Below, in pieces: positions 15,991 through 24,425 of a stretch of DNA of 64,000 nucleotides; position 1 is the stretch's first letter, and each line of letters opens with the position of its first letter. Source of the stretch: Akkermansiaceae bacterium. Its GTDB lineage: Bacteria; Verrucomicrobiota; Verrucomicrobiia; Verrucomicrobiales; Akkermansiaceae. The position numbers and the translations under genes are program-made. The notes below the pieces were generated by a model, which was not told the DNA's origin, ran no database searches, and was given only the letters and a program-made list of their open reading frames with translations. The stretch lies in NCBI GenBank assembly GCA_040769225.1, contig JAXGLL010000001.1:2047263-2111262 (forward strand), given 5' to 3'.

Positions 15991-18687
15991 ATGAAGCGAC
16001 CGCCCGTCCCCTGCCTCCGCCTCGCCGCCATCCTGGCGGGGGCGGCGTGCGCTGCTGCCGCCGCACCGGCCGCGCCAATCGTCGCCGGCCCGGAGGGACA
16101 GCGCGCCTGGGACGACCTCGCGCGACTCTACGCGCAGGAAAAGACGCCGCCCTATGCGGCGGCCTTGGGCGAGCTGGCGGGCGCGGACGAGGCGGCGGGC
16201 GCACGCGCCGGCCGCTATGTCCACGCGCTGCTGGCGCAGTCGCTGGCCGACGAAAAAAACGGCCGCGCCGAGTGGCGGAGCCTGCCGTTCTGGGGCGGGG
16301 GATCCGAATCGGCCGCGCGCGAGTTCCGCAAGGAATTGGCCGCGGCGTTCGCGCAACGGGCCGCCGGCCCCGCCGCGCTGCCGGCCGTGGCGTGGCTGTT
16401 GGACGGTGAGCAGCTGGCCGACGGCCAGCAGGCCGGCGCCAAGGCGCTGCGCCGGATCCGCACGCCCGCGGCCGACGACCTGCTCCGCACCCACATCCGC
16501 CGGCTTCACCCCAACGGCCCGGTCGCGGTCGCCCTGATCGAGGAGGCGGCCGCGCGCGGGCTCAAGGACCTGGCGCCCGATGTCCTCGCGCTGCGCAACC
16601 ACCACCGCCGCGCGGTCCGCGACGCCGTGCGGGCCGCCGCGCCTGACCTCGGCATCGCCGAGGCAATCGGCGCCTTCGACCCCAACGCCGCGTTCACGCC
16701 GGCCATGACGGCCCAGCTGCAGCAGCTCGCGGCAATGCAGCTGGTCGCCGTCCCCGCGGCCGCGCAGTGGACCGTCTTCACCCACACCGCGCCGGGCTTC
16801 GACGGCAAGCCGGTGACCACCGAACACCGCGGCTGGCTGCTCGACGACGCCGGGGACACCTGTTTCCTGTTAGATTCGTTCGGGCGCGAAACCCGCCTGC
16901 CGAAGCGGGAGACGGCGTGCGTCGCGGGCACGCTCGCCGCCGAGGCCGGGCGCATCGCCGCGGCGCGCAAGTCGGACGAGGCGCGGGAGGCCCTGTCGCG
17001 CGAGGGCGGGCTGACGGGGCAGTTCGAGCCTCGCTTCCTGAGCGTGCCCGAGCTGCTGGTCGGCCTGTGGAGCTGGCAGCGCGGCGACCTGGCGACTGCG
17101 GCGGCGGTGTTGTTCCCGTGCTTCGACGCCGCGGCCGACGACCGCTGGGTGGTGTGGGCGGCGCGCGACCTGTTCGGCCACCCGTTCCACCAGCGGATGC
17201 TGGAGGTGTTTTCCCACGACCGCGACTATCCCGCCGCGATCCGGCTCGGCGAGCACCTGTCGCAGCCGGTGTTCGACGGTTACCAGTATCAGGACCGGGC
17301 GCGGGAACTCGCGCGCCAGCTCAAGGGGCGCGGCGAAGACTTCACCACGCTCGTCCTGCCGCCCGCCGCCGCGTGGAAGGACATGCGCAAGGACCTCTCG
17401 CGCGAGCAGCAGGTCGGGTTCCTCGCCCGCCGCCTGCGGCTGCTGAACTGCTTCCAGTGGAGCCAGCCGGGCGACGTCAGTTATCAGGACCCGCAGTACG
17501 CGCCGCCGCTCGCCGACCAGCCGGATGACGACGACGAGGCCGCCCTCGCGCGCGTCGAGGTGATCAACCCGTACGTCGAACTCGCCGCGCTCAAGCTGTC
17601 GGTCAGGGAACTGCCCGCCCTCATCCCGTGGCTGCGCGACGACAACTTCATGCCCACCTTCAGCTACTGGCGCGACTTCCACCCGACGCGCACGCTGCAC
17701 CGGGTCAACTGGGCGGTCGCCAGCCTGGTCAACGCCGCCGCCCACAGGGACCTCGCCGACCTGCGCCGCCTTGAGGAACTGGACGCCGCCGGGCGCGAGC
17801 GGGCGGTCGCGGAGATGTTGGAGTGGTGCCGCGCCCACGAGGCGGCGACCCCCGAGCAGCTGATCCTCGAAACGCTGCGCGACGCCGACGGCTACGGCGA
17901 GTTCTCACAGGCCGCCGGCGAGGGCGTCGCGGCGCGCCACGAGTCGATCCTCGATCCCCTGCTCGCCCGCTTCGCCCGCCACGACGAGCTCAACCGGGAA
18001 CAGGACCGCAAGCCGAAGGACCCGGACGTCGTCGACTTCAGCGGCCGCGGGCCGCCCGACTGGCGCGACGACATCGCCCGCTGGGCCTGCGAACTCGACA
18101 CCCCGAAGGCCGCCGGGCCCGCCCGCCGTTGGCTCGGCCACCCGGACGAGGACGTGCGCTTCCACGCCGCCCTCATCCTGCTGCGCCACGGCGACCGCAC
18201 GCAGCTCGAGGGGCTCGGCGAACTGGAGGCCATCCTGACCCGCAGGAAGAGCACCGAAAGCTACGCGCGCGCCCTCGGCGTGCTGCTCGCCACCGGCAAC
18301 GAGCGCGCGCTCAAGGTCGCCTGCGGCGCGCTCGACGACGAAGCGCTCGACCTGCCGTTCGGCGGCGGCGCAATCCTTCGGCGGCTCTTCCTCGCCGGCC
18401 GCACCGAGGCCCGCGATTTCCTCTTCGCCGCGCTCGACGACGACGCCACCGACGACCCCGGTTCCAACAGCCGGGCCGACGAGGCCGCCGCGCTGGTCGC
18501 CGACTGGCGCCCCAACGGCCCCGCCTACGACCGGGAGGCACCGCCGGCCGAACGTGCGCGGAAGCGCGCGGAACTCAAGCAGTGGCTCGCCCAACAGTTC
18601 GACCTCATCCGCGCCGGAAAACCCCCCGAGATGCCCGCGGACGCCGACGACCCGCCCACCGGCGGCTGGCGGATCGATGCCCCCTGA
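15991..18687 (+). CDS. Large secreted hypothetical protein (898 aa)
   Basis: There is a signal peptide MKRPPVPCLRLAAILAGAACAAAAAPAAP, GC3-rich codon usage, and no recognisable domain. Confidence 0.5.
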   Translation: MKRPPVPCLRLAAILAGAACAAAAAPAAPIVAGPEGQRAWDDLARLYAQEKTPPYAAALGELAGADEAAGARAGRYVHALLAQSLADEKNGRAEWRSLPFWGGGSESAAREFRKELAAAFAQRAAGPAALPAVAWLLDGEQLADGQQAGAKALRRIRTPAADDLLRTHIRRLHPNGPVAVALIEEAAARGLKDLAPDVLALRNHHRRAVRDAVRAAAPDLGIAEAIGAFDPNAAFTPAMTAQLQQLAAMQLVAVPAAAQWTVFTHTAPGFDGKPVTTEHRGWLLDDAGDTCFLLDSFGRETRLPKRETACVAGTLAAEAGRIAAARKSDEAREALSREGGLTGQFEPRFLSVPELLVGLWSWQRGDLATAAAVLFPCFDAAADDRWVVWAARDLFGHPFHQRMLEVFSHDRDYPAAIRLGEHLSQPVFDGYQYQDRARELARQLKGRGEDFTTLVLPPAAAWKDMRKDLSREQQVGFLARRLRLLNCFQWSQPGDVSYQDPQYAPPLADQPDDDDEAALARVEVINPYVELAALKLSVRELPALIPWLRDDNFMPTFSYWRDFHPTRTLHRVNWAVASLVNAAAHRDLADLRRLEELDAAGRERAVAEMLEWCRAHEAATPEQLILETLRDADGYGEFSQAAGEGVAARHESILDPLLARFARHDELNREQDRKPKDPDVVDFSGRGPPDWRDDIARWACELDTPKAAGPARRWLGHPDEDVRFHAALILLRHGDRTQLEGLGELEAILTRRKSTESYARALGVLLATGNERALKVACGALDDEALDLPFGGGAILRRLFLAGRTEARDFLFAALDDDATDDPGSNSRADEAAALVADWRPNGPAYDREAPPAERARKRAELKQWLAQQFDLIRAGKPPEMPADADDPPTGGWRIDAP

Positions 18688-18759
18688 CCGCCACCGCGGG
18701 TGCTGTCGCGCCCTGGCCGCGAAACCAACACCGCCCCGCAGGGGCCAACCCATGTTAGC

Positions 18760-18936
18760 CTGGCTTCGTCACTTCTGCGCCGAAACGGGCCCGATCTGGC
18801 CTGTTCCGGCGCTGGAGGCCTTGAGTTTGCCAGCGGCGGGCCTTGCCACCCCCCTGTGGGCCGACCTGTGGGCGAGAACCCGCGGAAACCCCTTGATCCG
18901 CAAGGAACCGCCGATCAGAAGTGCCGAAGTTGGGCC
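18760..18936. mobile_element. MITE derived from the IS at 1535-2639 (left end ~100 bp + right end ~80 bp)
   Basis: cttcgtcacttctgcgccgaaacgggccc...ccacccccctgtgggccgacctg...ccgcaaggaaccgccgatcagaagtgccgaagttgggcc aligns to both termini of the IS, including the inverted repeats. Confidence 0.7.
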
Positions 18937-18950
18937 AATGGCTCCGCCGA

Positions 18951-21137
18951 TCACTGCTGGCGCCATGCGTTGCCGATCGCCTCGACCTCGGGCCGTTGGG
19001 CGGCCACGGCGCGGCGCGGCCCGGCGAGGCGGACGCGGGTGAGGCGGCCGTGGCCGTCGGCGGCTTCGGTGGCGGCGAGCAGCCGGAGCGGGCCGCGGGT
19101 CAGGTCCCACGGCGAGTGGTCGCCGGCGGCCTGCCAGCCGGCGGCCAGCAGGGCGCGCAGCAGCCCGGTGCGGGTGTGGCCGGTGGCCGACCAGAATGCG
19201 AGTTCCTCGATGGCGGCGGGGGCGGGGGCGGCGGGGGCGGCGGGCGGTGGCCCGGCCGGCGCGGTGCCCGGGGTGCGGCGGAACCAGCGGCGGGCGGCGT
19301 TGCGGGCGAGCGGGCCGAGCCGTTCCAGCAGGCGCAGGCCGAGCCGGGCGAGCGGGCCGTCGAAGCGGTCGGCGAGCGGGCGGCGGGGCAGCATGCGGTC
19401 GACCACCGCCTGGTAGCCGGCGGTGCCGAGCGGGCCGTGGTAGATCACGGCATCGCGGCCGGCGCGGATCGGGCCGCCCTGATAGATCTGGCCGAGCCAG
19501 CGGGCGCCGCCGTGGCGGCCGAAGCGGTGCGGGAACTTGTCGGCCAGCAGGGCCTCGGCGCGGCCGTAGCCCGCCTGTTGGGCGAGGTAGCCGGGGGCGT
19601 CCGGCCGGCGGGCGTGCCACACGAACGCGGTCGGGCAGAAGCCGACCCGCATCCCGGCATCGCGCAGCCGCCAGCAGAAGTCGACGTCGTCGCCGGCGGT
19701 CCGGAAGCGCGGGTCGAAGCCGCCGATCCGCTCGAACGCCTCGCGCCGCACTGCCAGGTTGCAGCCCGGGATGTGCTCGGCCTCGGCGTCGTCCAGCATC
19801 ACGTGGCTCGGCGCGCCGGGTGCGGCGGCGACGACCGCCTCGGCGCAGCTGGCCGGGGGCGGCGGCAGGTTCGGCCCGCCGACGGCGTCCCAGCGCCCGT
19901 CCCCGAAGGCCTCCTCGAGGCGCGCGAGCCACTCGCGGTCCGGCTGGCAGTCGTCGTCGGTGAACGCGAGGATCGCGCCGCGCGCGGCGGCGGCGCCGGC
20001 GTTGCGGGCCGCGCTCAGCCCGGACCGCGCCGTCCGCACCAGCCGCACCCCCGGGAACCGGTGCGCGACCAGCCCGGCGGTGCCGTCGGCCGAGCCGTCG
20101 TCGACCACGATCGTCTCGAATCCCGGGTGTTCGAGCTGTTGGACCGCGGCCAGGCAGCGGCTGATCCGCGGTGCGCCGTTGCAGGTGCAGACGATCACCG
20201 AGCAGGCGGGGTCCGGGGGCGGCGCGGCGGGGTCGGCGGGGGAGGGGACGGCGGGGGAGGCTGGTTTGGCGTGGTCGGGGTTGTCGTGGTGGGCGAGTTC
20301 CCTGCTGACCGCCTGCAGGGCGGGCTTGGCGGCGCCCGTGCGGTCGGTCAGGCCGAAGTCCCAGTCGCTCACCTCGGCGCCGGCGTTCCACCAGCGGTCG
20401 GTCCATGCGTAGACGGTGATGGCGGCCAGCCCGGCGTCGCGGGCGGCGCGGATTGCGTGCCGCAGCAGGCGGGCTTGGGCGTCGGCGCCGTTGCGCCGCG
20501 AGTCGAGCCCGAACTCGGAGAGCATCACCGGGCGGTCGCCGGCGATGTGTTGGAGCCGGCGCAGGTAGCGGCGCAGGGAGTCCTCGTCCTCGAGGTAGAC
20601 GTTGATCGCGGTGAAGTCGGCGTTGCCCGGCTCGAGGTACTCGGTGCTCGGGTAGTTGCCGTAGGCGAACAGGCGCTCCGGCTGCAGCCCGTGGCCGAGC
20701 CGCACCAGCTCCTCGAGCACCTCCCGCACCCGCGCCGGCCCGATCCACCGCGCGATGTCCGCCGGCACCTCGTTGGCGACGAACACGCCGGCCAGCGCCG
20801 GGTGGCCGCCCCATTGGCGCAGCCCCTCGGCGAGCGCCACCCGCGCCGCCGCCACCACCCCGGGGCGGCCGAGGAAGTCGGTCGCGCACGGCCAGTCCAG
20901 GCCGGCGAACACCACCAGCCCGGCGGCCTGCGCCGCGTCCAACAGCCCTGCGGTCGGCAGCTGGTAAAGGCGGATGCCGTCGAACCCGGCGGCGCGGATG
21001 CGGCGCAGCTCGGGGGCGGGGTCGGCGGGCCAGCCGCCGGGCAGCGGGCCCCAGCACACCAGCGCCAGCATCCGGCGCCGGCCGTGCAGGCGCAGGAACT
21101 TGCCGTCGGTCGCGAGGGGCGGGTTGCCGGCAGCCAC
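18951..21137 (-). CDS. Bifunctional glycoside-hydrolase-like TIM-barrel / family 2 glycosyltransferase protein
   Basis: The N-terminus DGKFLRLHGRRRMLALVCWGP...NEVPADIARW...LSEFG looks like a GH TIM barrel. The C-terminus SVIVCTCNG...ETIVVDDGSADGT...FTDDDCQPD...DVDFCWRL is a GT2 fold. Confidence 0.6.
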   Translation of the reverse strand: MAAGNPPLATDGKFLRLHGRRRMLALVCWGPLPGGWPADPAPELRRIRAAGFDGIRLYQLPTAGLLDAAQAAGLVVFAGLDWPCATDFLGRPGVVAAARVALAEGLRQWGGHPALAGVFVANEVPADIARWIGPARVREVLEELVRLGHGLQPERLFAYGNYPSTEYLEPGNADFTAINVYLEDEDSLRRYLRRLQHIAGDRPVMLSEFGLDSRRNGADAQARLLRHAIRAARDAGLAAITVYAWTDRWWNAGAEVSDWDFGLTDRTGAAKPALQAVSRELAHHDNPDHAKPASPAVPSPADPAAPPPDPACSVIVCTCNGAPRISRCLAAVQQLEHPGFETIVVDDGSADGTAGLVAHRFPGVRLVRTARSGLSAARNAGAAAARGAILAFTDDDCQPDREWLARLEEAFGDGRWDAVGGPNLPPPPASCAEAVVAAAPGAPSHVMLDDAEAEHIPGCNLAVRREAFERIGGFDPRFRTAGDDVDFCWRLRDAGMRVGFCPTAFVWHARRPDAPGYLAQQAGYGRAEALLADKFPHRFGRHGGARWLGQIYQGGPIRAGRDAVIYHGPLGTAGYQAVVDRMLPRRPLADRFDGPLARLGLRLLERLGPLARNAARRWFRRTPGTAPAGPPPAAPAAPAPAAIEELAFWSATGHTRTGLLRALLAAGWQAAGDHSPWDLTRGPLRLLAATEAADGHGRLTRVRLAGPRRAVAAQRPEVEAIGNAWRQQ

Positions 21138-21199
21138 GGCCGGAGGCTAGGCCAACCGGAGCCCGAGCCAAACCGGAAAATCCCGGGCGGCGCGCGGGC

Positions 21200-22111
21200 T
21201 CAGTCGATCACCTGGTCATGGCGCGGGGGACCGGGCGGGTCGGGTGGCTTTCGGCCTGCTGCAGCCCGCGGACCAGGAACCAGATCGCGATCGCCAGCAG
21301 CAGCGACAGGATTTTCGCCGCCCAGTGCTTCCGCAGCGCGCGCCGCAGCCGCCGTGCTTTGGTCCAGGAAGATGGTGCCGAGTCGCTCACGGAAGTCATC
21401 GTCGTTGAGGTTTCGGATCAGTTCGCCGTCGATGCAAATCGAAATCCCGCCGGTCTCCTCGCTGACCACCACGGCGACGCAGTCGGTTTCCTCCGAGATG
21501 CCGATGGCGGCGCGGTGGCGCAGGCCGATCGAGCGGTCGGACAGTTCCTTCTGGCTGACGGGGAAGACGCAGGCGGCGCCGGCCACCCGGTCGCGGGCGA
21601 TGATCATGCCGCCGTCGTGGAGCGGGGTCTTGGGGTGGAAGACCGTCTGCGCCAGCTCGCTCGAGAACTCGGCGTCGAGCACCACCCCGGTGTCGAGGTG
21701 GGGGCGCAGGCTGATCGAGCGCTCGATCGCGAACAGCGCGCCGACGCGGGTCTTCGAGAGCTTGAGCACGGCGTCGGTGAAGGTTTCGAGGAACGCGAGC
21801 TGGCGGTTGTTGGGGAACAGGAAGAAGCGGCTCGAGCCGATCTTGGCCAGCGCGGTGCGCAGCTCCGGCTGGAAGATCACCACCGCCGAGATCGCCAGCA
21901 GCAGGGTGGCGCGGGTGATGATCCAGCCGATGACCTCGAACTTGACCACCTGCGACAGCAGGGTGAGCCCGACCAGCAGCACCGCGAAGCCGACCAGGAT
22001 CCGCGCCCCGCGGGTCGCCCGGAAGACCCGATAGAGCTGATAGATCGCGATCGCGATGATCAGGATCTCGAGCCCGTCGCGCCAGTGGTCCTGGAGGAAC
22101 TGCCAAATCAC
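21200..22111 (-). CDS. cdaA: Diadenylate cyclase CdaA (c-di-AMP synthase); the 3' end is uncertain (possible frameshift)
   Basis: There are three N-terminal TM helices and the DAC domain TRVGALFAIERS...HDGGMIIARDRVAGAACVFPVSQ...GLRHRAAIGISEETDCVAVVVSEETGGISI. The last ~45 codons have poor codon usage. Confidence 0.8.
   Translation of the reverse strand: MIWQFLQDHWRDGLEILIIAIAIYQLYRVFRATRGARILVGFAVLLVGLTLLSQVVKFEVIGWIITRATLLLAISAVVIFQPELRTALAKIGSSRFFLFPNNRQLAFLETFTDAVLKLSKTRVGALFAIERSISLRPHLDTGVVLDAEFSSELAQTVFHPKTPLHDGGMIIARDRVAGAACVFPVSQKELSDRSIGLRHRAAIGISEETDCVAVVVSEETGGISICIDGELIRNLNDDDFRERLGTIFLDQSTAAAARAAEALGGENPVAAAGDRDLVPGPRAAAGRKPPDPPGPPRHDQVID
21208..21399 (-). CDS. YbbR/CdaR-like N-terminal transmembrane segment (63 aa), in the alternate frame over the cdaA 3' end
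   Basis: RKHWAAKILSLLLAIAIWFLVRGLQ resembles the CdaR N-terminal TM helix. This frame has much better GC3 codon bias than the overlapping cdaA tail. Confidence 0.4.
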   Translation of the reverse strand: MTSVSDSAPSSWTKARRLRRALRKHWAAKILSLLLAIAIWFLVRGLQQAESHPTRPVPRAMTR

Positions 22112-22156
22112 TCGCCTCGGCAGGAAACGTAGGCACGCGGCGCGGTCCTGTCAGCC

Positions 22157-22300
22157 TGAATTCGGAAATGTGAACCGGGGATTGCGGGGATTACGTTGAT
22201 TCAGAATGAGTTGGCAAGCGTGATGTCCACACCCAACGGGTGATCGGAAGCTGTTCGCAACCCTTTGATAATCCTCGAAATCCTCGTAATCCCCGGTTCC
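22157..22300. promoter_or_regulatory. Long inverted repeat (aaccggggatt ... aatccccggtt) in the divergent cdaA / sugar-isomerase promoter region
   Basis: ggaaatgtgaaccggggattgcggggattacg ... cgaaatcctcgtaatccccggttcc are arms separated by about 100 bp. Confidence 0.4.
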
Positions 22301-22447
22301 TGTTCCCGTTTTCAGGGTCATCCATCTTCCGCGGGCATGTGCGGCCGGGGGCGGCCGGGGGCGGGTGCTGGGCAGGGTGCTGGGCAGGGTGCCGGGGCCG
22401 GTGGTTCCCGCCGGGCCGGGGCTTGCCATCCGGCGGTGGTTGGGCTC

Positions 22448-23314
22448 ATGCTGGGGGCGGAGATGAACACCGGCCCGCTTCTCATTGACAACCTCGCGGT
22501 GTGCAGCTGGTCGCTGCGGCCGCGCGATCCGGACGACCTGGTGGCGATGCTGCGCTCGATCGGGCTGCCGCGGGTGCAGTTGGCGCTCAACAGCCACCGC
22601 GGCAGTGAGGGGGGGGCCGGGATCGGGCAGGCGCTGGCGGAGGCCGGGGTGCGGATCGTGTCCGGGATGTTCGGGCCGGTCGGCGAGGACTACTCGAGCC
22701 TGGAATCGATCCGGCGCACCGGCGGCGTGGTTCCGGACGCGACGTGGGAGGAGAACCGGGTGCTGGCGGCCGAGGTGGCGGCGGCGGCGCAGGCGCTGGG
22801 GCTCGGGTTGGTGAGCATGCACGCCGGGTTCCTGCCGGAGCACCGTGGCGACCCGGGCTACGGCAAGCTGCTCGGGCGCCTGCGCGAGCTGGCGTGGATC
22901 TTCGCCGACGCCGGGGTCGAGCTGGCGTTCGAGACCGGGCAGGAGGAGGCCGGGGTGCTGGTGCGCTTCCTCGACGAGCTGGCGGCGCCGAACGTGGGCG
23001 TGAACTTCGACCCGGCCAACATGATCCTCTACGACAAGGGCGACCCGGTGGAGGCGCTCCGCATGCTGCTGCCCCACGTCAGGCAGGTCCACATCAAGGA
23101 CGCCGTGCTCACCCGCGAGCCGGGCACCTGGGGCAGCGAGGTGGTGGTGGGCACCGGCGAGGTCGACTGGCCGGCGTTCCTCGGGGTGCTGGCCGGGTCC
23201 GGGTTTTCCGGCGCGCTGTGCATCGAGCGCGAGGCCGGCGACGACCGCGTGGCCGACATCCTTGCCGCCCGGCGCCACGTCGAGGCGGTGGTCCAACAAC
23301 TCTCCGGGTCATGA
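22448..23314 (+). CDS. Sugar phosphate isomerase/epimerase (xylose-isomerase-like TIM barrel)
   Basis: AVCSWSL...GLGLVSMHAGF...ELAFETGQE...GVNFDPANM...HIKD is the AP-endonuclease 2 / xylose isomerase-like TIM fold. The stop overlaps the next gene (tcATGa). Confidence 0.7.
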   Translation: MLGAEMNTGPLLIDNLAVCSWSLRPRDPDDLVAMLRSIGLPRVQLALNSHRGSEGGAGIGQALAEAGVRIVSGMFGPVGEDYSSLESIRRTGGVVPDATWEENRVLAAEVAAAAQALGLGLVSMHAGFLPEHRGDPGYGKLLGRLRELAWIFADAGVELAFETGQEEAGVLVRFLDELAAPNVGVNFDPANMILYDKGDPVEALRMLLPHVRQVHIKDAVLTREPGTWGSEVVVGTGEVDWPAFLGVLAGSGFSGALCIEREAGDDRVADILAARRHVEAVVQQLSGS

Positions 23315-24318
23315 TCAAGGTGGGCGTCATCGGGCTGGGCATGATGGGGCAGATGCACCTTGCCGCGTGGGGCAGGGTCAAGGGGGTGCGGCTGCGGATG
23401 GTCGCCGACAGCGACCCGCGCCGCGCGGCCGGCGATTTCTCGGGGAGCTGGAGCAACATTGCCGGCGGCGCCACGCACATCGACTTCACGCAGGTCCGCG
23501 GCACCACCGACCCGCAGCAGCTGATCGGCGCCGCGGATGTCGACCTGGTGGACATCTGCGTGCCGACCCCGTTCCATACCGAGCTGGCGCTGGCCGCGAT
23601 CGCGGCCGGCAAGCACGTGCTGTGCGAGAAGCCGCTGGCACGCACCGCGGCCGAGGCGCGCCGGATCGCGCGCGCCGCGGAAGCCGGCCGCGGCCTGTTC
23701 ATGCCGGCGATGTGCATCCGCTTCTGGCCGCAGTACGCGTGGCTCAGGCAGGCGGTCGCCGGGCAGGCATACGGCCGGGTGATCAGCGCCGCGTTCCGGC
23801 GCGCCGGCGCGCTGCCGCCCGGCTGGTTCGTGCGCGGCGAGCTTTCCGGCGGCGCGGTCCTCGACCTCCACCTGCACGACACCGACTTCGTGCACCACGT
23901 GTTCGGCCTGCCGCAGGCGGTCAGCAGCGGCGGCTGGGTCGGCCCCACCGGCTGCGTCGACCACGTCCACACCCGCTACCACTATGCCGGCGGCCCGGTG
24001 GTCACCGCCGAGGGCAGCTGGGCGGTCGCGCCCGCGACCCCGTTCGAGATGAGCTACCGGGTGATCTTCGAGCGCGCCACCGCCGACTACCGGATCGACC
24101 GCCCGGACCAGCCGCTGGTGCTCTATCAGGGCAACGCGGCGCGGCCGGTGAAGTGCCCCGCCGGCGACGGCTACCAGGCCGAGATGGCCTATTTCGCCCG
24201 CTGCGTGCGCACCGGCATGCCGCCCGAGGTGGTCACCGCCGCGCAGGCCGCCGAGTCGATCCGGATCGTCGAGGCCGAGGTCAGGAGCGTGCTCGGCGGG
24301 CGCACGGTGCGGGTGTGA
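23311..24318 (+). CDS. Gfo/Idh/MocA family oxidoreductase
   Basis: A Rossmann fold MIKVGVIGLGMMGQMH is followed by ...LCEKPLA. Confidence 0.8.
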   Translation: MIKVGVIGLGMMGQMHLAAWGRVKGVRLRMVADSDPRRAAGDFSGSWSNIAGGATHIDFTQVRGTTDPQQLIGAADVDLVDICVPTPFHTELALAAIAAGKHVLCEKPLARTAAEARRIARAAEAGRGLFMPAMCIRFWPQYAWLRQAVAGQAYGRVISAAFRRAGALPPGWFVRGELSGGAVLDLHLHDTDFVHHVFGLPQAVSSGGWVGPTGCVDHVHTRYHYAGGPVVTAEGSWAVAPATPFEMSYRVIFERATADYRIDRPDQPLVLYQGNAARPVKCPAGDGYQAEMAYFARCVRTGMPPEVVTAAQAAESIRIVEAEVRSVLGGRTVRV

Positions 24319-24425
24319 CGCGGCGCGGGCCCGAGGCCCGCCAACCCACGCCGGCACCGCGGCCGGCACCCGCCCCCGGGCGCGGGGGCCCGGCGGCGGT
24401 TCAGGCGTTCGGGCCCGGCAGCGGT

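Noticed and set aside
18769-22034. ORFs 18769..21171 (-) and 18921..22034 (+), each over 800 aa
   Set aside because: They are alternate frames or antisense of the GH/GT2 and cdaA genes. Their Arg/Pro/Gly-rich content is incompatible with real proteins.
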